Under the pieces are notes generated by a model that saw nothing but the letters and a program-made list of their open reading frames with translations, was not told where the DNA came from and made no database searches. This document shows positions 54,030 through 64,000 of a stretch of DNA of 64,000 nucleotides, piece after piece. This DNA is from Eledone cirrhosa (lineage: Eukaryota). Position 1 is the stretch's first letter. Each line of letters begins with the position of its first letter. Made by a program: the position numbers and the translations under genes. The stretch is from NCBI GenBank assembly GCA_964016885.1, contig OZ024741.1, positions 158,596,001 to 158,660,000 on the forward strand, written 5' to 3'.

Positions 54030-56877
54030 CTAACTTCAAAAAACGTGACAATCACCTGATCACCTATAGATCCGGGGAACACACAAGCCAGGTAGATTAT
54101 ATCCTTACCAGAAGACGTGACAGAGTGTCTGTTGTAAACACCAAATCCCTCCCCCATGAAGAATGCACCTCCCAACATAGACTGATAATTAGCGACCTCA
54201 TAGTCAGGACGAGACGTACCCGACAGCAGAAGAGGACTATCCTCAGGAGAAAAATATGGAAGCTAAAGGACCCCACAGCCAGAAATAAATTTCAAAGCAT
54301 ATTACTTGATGCTTTCGACAGTAAGGAAGAGCAATTAGAGTCGTACAATATAGAGGAACAGTGGGAATTCCTGAAAGCAAACCTGCTGATGGCGGCAGAC
54401 GAAGTCTGTGGCTGGAGCAGGCCTGTAGGCAGGAGGAGAGTAACATGGTGGTGGAACAGTAAGGTGGAGGAGTCAATTAAGGCCAAAAAGCAGGCTTGGA
54501 AAGTATGGCGGGATGGGGGAAGTAGAGAAGACTATCAAGTGGCCAGGAGGGAAGCTAGGAGACAAGTGTACTTCGCACGAAGGGAAGCAGAGGAAAGAAA
54601 GTTCAAGCATGTTCTACAACGCGAGGACCAAAAACGTGAGGTGTTCAGGATTGCTAGGCAATGTGTCAAGGAAAACCGTGATATTGTTGGGGAGAAGTGT
54701 GTACTTAATGATGACGGCGTACTTGCCATCACCGACGCTGATAAGAAGGTAGCTTGGAAGTGTCATTATGAAAGGCTACTAAATGAGGAGAATAAATGGG
54801 AGAAAGACAGTCTCCCCCACATCGACCCAATAGAGGGACCAGCAGTGTTAGTCGAGGGGAGTATAATAAGTAAGGCAATCAAGGATATGAAGACGGGTAA
54901 GGCGGCTGGGCCTTCGGAAATAGTTGCTGAGATGCTGAAGGCATCTGGCACGGTGGGACACACCATGGTCACCCGAATAGTTAACCAAGTCGTACAGAAT
55001 GGGGTTGTTCCGAAGGACTGGCATAGCAGCATCATCGTTAACTGTTATAAGGGTAAAGGAGATGCCCTAGATAGGAGTAACTATAGAGGCATTAAATTAA
55101 TCGACCAGGTCATGAAGGTCACGGAAAAAGTAATAGCGCAACTAATCAGAGAGAGAATTGACCTAGATGAAATGCAGTTCGGGTTTGTGTCAGGCAAAAG
55201 TACCACAGACGCTCTTTTCATTGTACGACAACTACAGGAGAAGTACCTAGCTAAAGGTAAACCCCTCTACTTAGCTTTTGTCGACTTGGAGAAAGCCTTC
55301 GACAGAGTCCCCTGTTCCATTATCTGGTGGGCTCTTAGAAAACTAGGTGTTGACGAATGGCTTGTGAGAGCTATACAAGCCATGTATAAAGAAACAGTCA
55401 GCAAGGTTAGAATTAACAACGAATATAGTGAAGAGTTTAGCGTAAAACTTGGCGTCCATCAGGGCTCTGTTCTCAGCCCCCTACTATTTATTATTGCCCT
55501 TCAGGCTATAACAGAGGAGTTCAAGACCGGCTGCCCATGGGAACTCCTATACGCAGACGACCTGACACTCATAGCTGAATCAATGGCCGAGCTAGAGAAG
55601 AAATTCCAAACATGGAAGCACGGCCTAGAATCAAAAGGCCTTAAAATTAACCTGGCTAAGACTAAAGTTCTAGTTTGTAGGAAAGAAAATAAGGCGGCGG
55701 TCCCTTCTGGGAAATGGCCATGCTCAGTGTGTAGGAAAGGCGTAGGTAGAAACTCCATTTTATGTCCCAAATGCAAAGTATGGGTGCATAAAAGATGTAG
55801 TGGGATCACAGGTAAGCTAACTAAGAACATAGATTTTACATGTGGCCGGTGCTCTGGTGCAATAAGTAGCAGCAAGTGCCCACAAAATACTAGCTCCTTC
55901 AACTGCGCAGAGGGTTCTATAGAAATAGTGGACAGCTTCTGTTACCTGGGTGACAAAAGCAGCAGTGGGGGAGGGTGCTCTGAAAGTACAGTAGGTAGAG
56001 TCAGAACTGGATGGAAAAAGTTCAGAGAGCTTATACCACTATTAGCTGCTAAAGGGTTCTCCCTAAAAATGAAAGGCAGGTTGTATGATGCCTGCATACG
56101 AACAGCAATGTTGTATGGCAGTGAGACCTGGGCATTGTGTGCAGAGGATATACGCAGACTAGAGAAGAACGAAGCTTGCATGCTCCGCTGGATGTGTAAC
56201 AGTAATATACGTGAACGGCAAAGCATAAACGAACTAAGGAAAAAATTAGAAATAAGAGGGATCAGATGTTGTTTACTCGAGAGAAGGCTACGTTGGTATG
56301 GACACGTGATGCGCATTGAAAGTCGATAGCTGTATAACAAAGTGCAGGGCAATAAAGATAGACGGTAGCCACGGAATAGGCAGACCTAGAAAAACCTGGG
56401 ACGAGCTGATAAACTCCGACCTCACACACTTACACCTCTCCAAGACAATGTCACTGGACCGAGACCTTTGGCGGTACTCAGTAACAGAGAAGACCCGCCT
56501 TACCTAAATACATAGTAAAACCTACTACAGCCAGTAGGCATCTCTAACAAAATACCCCCCCCCCCCCCACCCCTTCTATGTAAAGTTATGTTGGTGCCAC
56601 GCCATCCAGGCCGAAACAAATGAGATCGTGTAGGTGTCACGACAAAAAAACACACAGTCCACGCTGTAATGTGGCCGTGTAGGCAACACGGTAAAAACCT
56701 CCCAGACCCACACTGTAAATGTGGTTGGTGTTAGGAAGGGCATCTAACTGTAGAAAACCTGCCAGACAGTCCTATGCGAGCAAGACAATCACTCTTGCCT
56801 CAAGTGGGAATACCCCCATCCAAACCCATGCAAGCGTGGAACACGGTCGTTAAACGTTGATGATGATGATGATGATG
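54030..56877 (+). mobile_element. RTE-clade LINE copy 2, 5'-truncated within the APE endonuclease
   Basis: ORF plus 3' UTR ending CCATGCAAGCGTGG..GTTAAACG(TTG)(ATG)n; (TA)n flanks. Confidence 0.95.
54032..56507 (+). pseudogene. RTE ORF: APE C-terminus, reverse transcriptase and PHD-type finger; one frameshift near 56320
   Basis: In-frame [26 protein letters not shown] (APE) from 54032, then [41 protein letters not shown]; GRPRKTW continues in the next frame. Confidence 0.95.
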
Positions 56878-56879
56878 AG

Positions 56880-56919
<40 letters not shown>

Positions 56920-56924
56920 ACATG

Positions 56925-58330
56925 AAAAAATGGAAAAATGAAAAAAAAACGAGATGTCCTACACAAGTGAAAGTATAAGGAAAAAAGATGAAATCGAAAA
57001 TGCAACTGGAGTCTTTTTAAGAATATTTATTTGGTTCCTTTACCAGTTTCGCAGTTCTTATGCTTTTCAAAAGTAGAATTGAGGTGGAGGGTTTGTGGTT
57101 TTTCTCGCATCTGGTTGGTGTTTGAATGTTACTTCTGTTTCATATGGAAAAAAGTGGTTCGAAATACGAGGTTTTTAGAAAAGTAATTTGTTTGGTTGAT
57201 GACTGTCATGTGAATAAGTATAATAAATTTCGCGCTAGTTCACGTTACAAAGTTCTTATTATATTTGCCTTTAAAAGGGGGGGGGGGGGGGCTCAGATTG
57301 TTTTTTCGTATATGAGTGAAATTTGGTTGGTTGATACAGTCACATGAATAAGCACATCAACTTTCGCGCCAGTTTGTGTTTGAGTTTCTTTTTACTTAAA
57401 AAAGTGGCTCAAAAAATTTTTTTTTATAAATGTAATTTGATTGGTTATAAATGAAATTATGATTGTCACGTGAACATGTACATTAAATTTTGCGACCGCA
57501 TCTGGGAATTTTTTTTTGTAGCCATTTAGAGAATTTTGTGCCAAACCATACTCCCACACACACATATAACACCCATACACACACGCACATAACTCCCTCC
57601 CCCATTTCTACTAACAGAATCATTTTCCTACACACACACACACACACACCACCACACAAAATAAAATACATATCTCTACTTTCTTTATTTCAATAGAAAG
57701 TCTGAATTTTGACACCTCAGCACAACAGCCAAACTCACTGAACCAGACAATTCTTCCCACCCCTTTTTTCTTGACCATTATCTTTTGTTTGGCACAAAAT
57801 TCTTCAAATGGCTACAAAAAAAATTCCAAAAAATGTACATGTTCATGTGACAGTCATAATTTCATTTATAACCAATCAAATTACATTTATAAAAAAAAAC
57901 TTTTTTGAGCCACTTTTTTAAGTAAAAAGAAACTCAAACACAAACTGGCACGAAAGTTGATGTGCTTATTCACATGACTGCATCAACCAACCAAATTTCA
58001 TTCATATATGAAAAAACAATTCCCCCCCCCCCCCACACACTTCTTAAAGGCAAATATAATAAGAACTTTGTAACGTAAACTGGCACAAAATTTATTATAC
58101 TTATTCACATGAGTCATCAACCAACCAAATTACTTTTCTAAAAACCTAGCATTTTGAGCCACTTTTTTCCATATAAAACAGAAGTAACATTCGAACACCA
58201 ACCAGATGCGAGAAAAACCACTCCACCCCAATTCTACTTTTGAAAAGCATAAGGACTGCGAAACCAGTAAAGGAACCAAATAAATATTCTTAAAAAGACT
58301 CCAGTTGCATTTTCGATTTCATCTTTTTTC
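56925..58330. mobile_element. Long inverted-repeat PLE-like element with U3:A8 hammerhead motif
   Basis: Arms 56981-57547 and 57788-58330, ~240-bp spacer, one-sided extension 56925-56980, (TA)n flanks; TTGAAAA-GCA..TGC-GAAA-CCAG-TA at 58240-58269 followed by AATAAA. Confidence 0.75.
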
Positions 58331-58372
<42 letters not shown>

Positions 58373-59229
58373 CATTCATGTGTGTATCTTTATATGTGTT
58401 TATGTGTGTATCTTTATATGTGTTTATGTGTGTGTATGTGTATGTGTGTATGTATGTATGTGTGTATGCGTGTGTATGTATGTGTGTGTACGTATGTGTG
58501 TATGTATGTGTGTATATATATATATATATGTATGTATAGTCAATTTCCATATAATATCCTCCAAGTAAATCAGAAATATGTTGAGATATGAAACTACTTG
58601 TATACTTCAAGGTTTCATATTTCAAACATTTCTCCAGTTAAAACCTGCAGACAGACGTGGTTTTCAGCTTTAAGTGAATGAAAATAAGATGGTGGGGAAG
58701 GGGTTGAAGGGTGGAGTTGAAATGGGGTGAGTGCTGTGGGGTGGGGAAATTTGGTGTGGGGTGTAGTGGTATTTTAGGGTAAGTTTCGAGATTAATAAAG
58801 TACCAGTTGAGTACTGAGGCTGGTTCTTCCTCTTTCCTCCTCATCCACCCCATCTATCTCTCTCTCTGTCTCTCTCTCTCTCGAACCCACACCTTGTGAC
58901 TGCTCTAATTTACCATCCTGTCCAGCCAGCAGATTACCCAGGAATATTTGGATTTTTATTGAATTACTTTTCTCTGCACTAATCGCCCATGACCTTCTTT
59001 TCTCTCTCTTCTCTCTTTTTTCTCTCTCTCTATATTTATATATCTCTACTCTCTTACTTTACCTGGACTACTTTTTATTTTCTGTATTTATCCTTTGTGA
59101 TCCTGTCTCTATTTTTGTACTCCTGAAGAAGGACTAAAGCTCAACATGTCAAACTTTCTTTCCCCTTTTCCATATAAAAGTGAAACTAATAAGACTTTTT
59201 GTACTTCTGTTTGTTATTTCCTTGAAATA

Positions 59230-59287
<58 letters not shown>

Positions 59288-59290
<3 letters not shown>

Positions 59291-59625
59291 TCGTTTAACG
59301 TCCATGTTCCACGCTTGCATGGGTTTGGACGGGGGTAGTCCCACTTGAGGCAAGAGTGGTTGTCTTGCTCGCATAGGACTGTCTGGCGGGTTTTCTACAG
59401 CTGGATGCCCTTCCTAACACCAACCACATTTACAGTGTGGGTCTGGGAGGTTTTTACCGTGTTGCCTACACGGCCACATTACAGCGTGGACTGTGTGTTT
59501 TTTGTCGTGACACCTACACGATCTCATTTGTTTCGGCCTGGATGTTGTGGCACCAACATAACTTTACATTGAAAGGGGCGGTGTGGATGGGGTGGGGGTG
59601 GTGGGACGGGGGTGTATTTTGTTAG
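59288..59625 (-). mobile_element. 5'-truncated RTE 3' UTR in (TA)n
   Basis: Near-identical reverse complement of 56545-56860. Confidence 0.9.
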
Positions 59626-59845
59626 ATTATATATATATATATATATTTTTTTTTTAAAGGAAGAGAATGACTTCACTTGTAGTTCTAAACAATTTAATTT
59701 AATTTTATAATATTATAATTTTACAATTTGGTTTCGTAGATCTAGTAAGTTCTTTGTTAACCTCGGTGGGGGAAATATTTAAAAGATTCCTGGTTAACTC
59801 TGCTGAAGAACTTTCTCACATTCGTCGGTGGTGATTATCAAACTG

Positions 59846-59908
<63 letters not shown>

Positions 59909-59932
59909 TATATATATAAATATATATATATA

Positions 59933-60135
59933 ACGAAGGAAATGTGGTAAGGAACCAGGTGGATCATAACGCACCAAAGTACTCAATACTTAGGGTAGTA
60001 GAGTGGGTAATAGGAACGAGTAGGACCCCGACGGCTGAGCTCAAGCCGTTTCAACGGCTAATTCTGGACTAAAATAGTCCAGAATTAGCCGTCGAAAAGG
60101 CTTGAGGTCAGCCGTCGGGGTCCTACTTGTTCCTA
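59933..60135. mobile_element. Hairpin element in (TA)n: ~62-bp inverted arms plus one-sided tail
   Basis: 60010-60071 versus 60075-60135; single-arm homolog at 8652-8712. Confidence 0.7.
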
Positions 60136-60151
60136 TATATATATATATATA

Positions 60152-60537
60152 TACGATATTAACAAATGGAAACTATATTTATAAAACCATATTTATTTCA
60201 TTATACATATTTCAAGGACACCAAGTTAAATTATGGTGTGCTTTCATCAGATAAAATATAATATAAAAAAACAGTTTTATAAATAAATATTGACATACCC
60301 TTAAAGAATGCAACCATTACTGTTGGAAGCTCCCGGTTAGGAAGCACACCTGATGAAAGCACACCATAATTTAACTTGGTGTCCTTGAAATATGTATAAT
60401 GAAATAAATATGGTTTTATAAATATAGTTTCCATTTGTTAATATCGTATTTTTACTCCAATTATTTGTTGAGTGCTTTATATCAGTTATAAAAATATTTG
60501 CTTGTTGTATCCCAACAATTTAAATAGAACTTTCACA
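60152..60537 (+). mobile_element. PLE-like family A: inverted arm, sense arm with hammerhead, and tail
   Basis: 60152-60250 is the reverse complement of 60350-60448; CTGATGA AAGCACACCA..TGGTGTCCTT GAAA TATG TA, then AATAAA. Confidence 0.8.
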
Positions 60538-60767
60538 TATATATATAAGCACAGGTATGACCGCGGAGATCCGGATTCAGTGTTACTGTGAAGCACCTTG
60601 GACAAGCGTCTTCTACTACAGCCTTGGGCTCAACAGAGGTTGATAAAATATATACTGAAGATAATATGATCCACCAGATACTTTTGTATGTATATAAATG
60701 CATGTGTGCACACATGTGTTGTGTGTGTGAATGTGTATAACAATATAACTTTGCCTATCATCCTTAC

Positions 60768-61155
60768 ATCATCATCATCATCATCATCATTTCATTTTAC
60801 GTCCGCTTTTCCCTGCTTGCAAGGGTGGGACGGGAACTGATTCTGGCTTGATTTCTACAGCTGGATGCCCTTCCTAACACCAACCTCATTTACAGTGAGT
60901 GCTGGGTCCTTTTTTTCCATGGCACCTCCACGTCCACTTTACAGTGAGTGCTGGGTGCTTTTTTGCCGTGGCACCTCCACGACCACTTTGCAGTGGAATG
61001 ATATGGACCCCAGTCCCTATCATCTCATTTCTACAGCTGAGTAAACTGGAGAAATGTGAAATAAAGTGTCTTGCTTAAGGAAACAACACATCACCTGGTC
61101 TGAGAATTGAACTCACAACCTTTCGATTGCAAGCCCAATGCTCTAACCACTGAGC
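60768..61155 (-). mobile_element. SINE S2
   Basis: Same structure as 22422. Confidence 0.85.
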
Positions 61156-61288
61156 CTTACAAGGTCAATAAAATAAGGTACCGGTAAGTAAAAACGATGA
61201 TGATGATGATGATGATAACACACTGAGATTGATTTAATCAACTTCTCCCATCCCCATATAGTTGGCCTTGTACCTAAATCAGAAACCA

Positions 61289-61472
61289 TTGGCAGTATCG
61301 GTAGAGGGTCGGACGCCAAGCTTTGACGCATGGAGTTACGGCCCTTGCCATTCTGAGTTCAAATCCCGCCGAGGTTAACTTTGCCTTTCATCCTTACGGG
61401 GGTCGATAAAATAAAGTACCAGTAATGTACTGGGTAATTGCTGGCCTTGTGCCAAAAGTAGAAACAATTATT
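61289..61472 (+). mobile_element. SINE S1
   Basis: Same structure as 20903. Confidence 0.85.
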
Positions 61473-61690
61473 ACTATGGTCATTTATGTTAGAATGCACA
61501 CATTTCAAATTTCAAACTTTCCCAATGCTTCACAAGTGAACTGTTGTTTACAAATATAGTTTAAGTTTGAAAAAACATTCGTTACGTCAATGAATATTTT
61601 GTATTCTTGAGAAATCAGTAGAAGTGATAAAAATGTCATGTATCATGAGTTAACATTAGAAAGTCAGATTGAATGATATGTGTTATTTGT

Positions 61691-62197
61691 TCTTTTACTC
61701 AGATAAAAATAAAATATATCCAAAGATCTTTCATCAAACCATGTATGTATGCACAGAGGACCCATAACTTCTGATGGAATCCTAGGAGCACTATAGTGAC
61801 ACACAGCATTTCTTGGGCATCTTTTTAATACCGGTTACAGGGTTTGGATATATTTCATTGTATTCTGAGTTCAAATCTTGCTGAGGTCAACTTTGCCTTT
61901 CATCCTTTTAAGGTCGGTAAAATAATACTAGTCCCGTACTGGGATTAGTTCTTTCTCTATATCTGTTTTTCACTTCCACTTTCTCACCCTCTCTTTCTTT
62001 TTCTCTGGAAGAAATCAGCAGTGTTCAGACCTGGAGAAAAGAGGGGCTCCACTTGATATTAAAAAGATGCCCAAGAAATGCTGTAGGTCACTATAGTGCC
62101 CCTAGGATTCCATTGGGAGTTACAGGTCCTCTGTGCATACATACACATGGTTTGATGGAAGATCTTTGGATATATTTCATTTTATCTGAGTAAAAGA
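61691..62197. repeat. Inverted duplication with ~140-bp arms
   Basis: 61691-61830 versus 62058-62197; SINE fragment in the spacer. Confidence 0.8.
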
Positions 62198-63148
62198 TGA
62201 CCCCCTCAGCAGTGGAATGATTGAAATTACACCACATTTCAAGGTGATATCATAAGTTTCAATTCTCACTGCAATTCTCATATGCTGGTTCCCCAGAGTA
62301 GGGAAAGAATCAGACCAACCACATTGATTTATGTATAGGTTACTCTAGGGGGAAATCTTGTTAAACAAAAAATTCTTTGACTGTTATCAGTTTAATGCTA
62401 GACAGGTCATGAGTTCAATATTCCTATGAATCACCTAAACATTGAAAAATAGGGTGTTATCTATATTCTAAATTGTTTTTGTTAATTTGTTGGGAGTTAC
62501 TGTTGTTGTTGGGGCTGATTGCAGGAGTGGGTTGGATAAAGATAACTGCTTAAGACTAGAGTGGGTTTGTGCTCAGTTTGAACTGTTAAAGATAAGTTTT
62601 AGAAAAATGTTGGTTTACATTTGTATTTCCTAAAATGGGCAGCAAGGAACCCCAGAGTTCAGTGAAAATATTCTGAAGTTCTGCACGATAATTAAATTTA
62701 TTTATATAAATAAACTCTTTCTTCAAAACAATTTTTGTTTCATTTTCATATTTCTAATGACATGTACTCTATTTCAATTGGAAAATCAGACTGAAAAGGA
62801 GGAGGAGGAGGGTTGGTGGTGGTAGTGGTGGTGGTGAGGGTGATGATGATAATCGTGAATTTTGAGGGATTTACTAAAATGATTAATTATTTCATTACTA
62901 TAATATTTACATACCATATGGTTCTTATCTAAAATTATATTGGATGATTTAAATATAAATAGGAACCCTTTAAAATGGTGTTTTGTTTTGTTAAACTGGT
63001 TAAAAATTTACAAATTATTTTATGAAGCCAAACAGATTACTGTAATTAGACTTTCTCCCAGATAAAGGATGGTGTGTTAGTGTAATAAATAACTGGATAA
63101 CACAACTTGTCCCTGAGATTGAGTGCTCTACCAGCTATATATATATAT

Positions 63149-63540
63149 CATCATCATCATCTTCATTTAACGTCCATCTTCCACGCTAGCATGGGTTAGA
63201 CGGGAGTTGTCCCAGTTGAGGCAAGGTTGGTCGGGTGACCGTTTCTCGCTCATATAGGACTATCTGGCAGGTTTCCTACGGCTGGATGCCCTTCCTAACA
63301 CCAACCACATTTACAGTGTGGAACTGGGAACTTTTTACTGTGTTACCTACACGGCTACATTACAGCGTTGACTGTGTGTTTTTTTGTTGTGACACCTACA
63401 CGATCTCGATCTCATTATCTCATTTATTTGGACTGAATGTTGTGGCACCAACTTTACAGAGAGAGGTTGGTGTTAGTGGGAGTGGGAGGAGAGGGTAGGG
63501 GTAGTGGTTTGGGCTGTATATTTGGTTAAGAGGTGCCTAC
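63149..63540 (-). mobile_element. 5'-truncated RTE 3' UTR (related subfamily) in (TA)n
   Basis: Homologous to 19494-19795 and to the RTE 3' UTR. Confidence 0.8.
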
Positions 63541-63844
63541 TATATATATATATATGTATATATATATATACAATATATATATATATATAACCACACGCCT
63601 TCATATATAGATATATATATATATATCTATAAGAAGCTGTGTGGTTAGAGAATTGGATTTGCAATCGAGAGGTTGTGAGTTTGATTCCTGGACTGGGCGA
63701 TGTGTTATGTCCTTGAGCAAGATACTTTATTTCATGTTGCTATTTCTGCTTGGATTTACGACTATTAGCAATTGAAAAAAAACAAAGGAAACATTGTTTC
63801 CTTGGTCCGATTTGAAGACGTCTGGGATCTTGTCGATCAACTGT

Positions 63845-64000
63845 TGATATATGCATTCCTTCAGTTGCCAGGGAGGTTCCTTAGAAGTAGTTGATAGCTT
63901 TTGTTACCTAGGCGATCAGCAGTGGGAGAGGATGTGTTAAACATGTGAGAGCTAGGATAAGAACAGACTGGAAGAAGTTTAGAGAGCTGTTGCCACTGTT
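63845..64000 (+). pseudogene. RTE RT fragment, diverged subfamily, runs off the window
   Basis: [21 protein letters not shown]/..RARIRTDWKKFRELLPL. Confidence 0.85.

Overview
AT-rich, repeat-saturated animal genomic DNA, most likely an octopod cephalopod (inferred from the SINE types and the (TA)n/(TATG)n/(CAT)n load). No host gene can be identified with confidence, so the window reads as intronic or intergenic. The long computed ORFs over microsatellites are artefacts. Real coding remnants are all from retroelements: two 5'-truncated RTE-clade LINEs (38044-41220, 54030-56877) with a C4HC3 PHD-type finger inside the RT, fragments of a second RTE family, a CRE-like restriction-endonuclease fragment, and two Penelope-like (PLE) GIY-YIG C-termini. 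Also present are two tRNA-derived SINE families, hAT/piggyBac/mariner-type MITEs, a non-autonomous Helitron and two minisatellites. The most notable hidden signal is a set of at least seven unrelated short elements sitting in (TA)n tracts. They share an inverted-arm + sense-arm architecture, most with a one-sided tail, and most carry minimal hammerhead ribozyme motifs. These motifs show compensatory stem-II changes between copies and a U3:A8 core variant in two families. They look like a largely unannotated PLE/retrozyme-type population. All alignments and folds were done by eye and coordinates may be off by a few bases.
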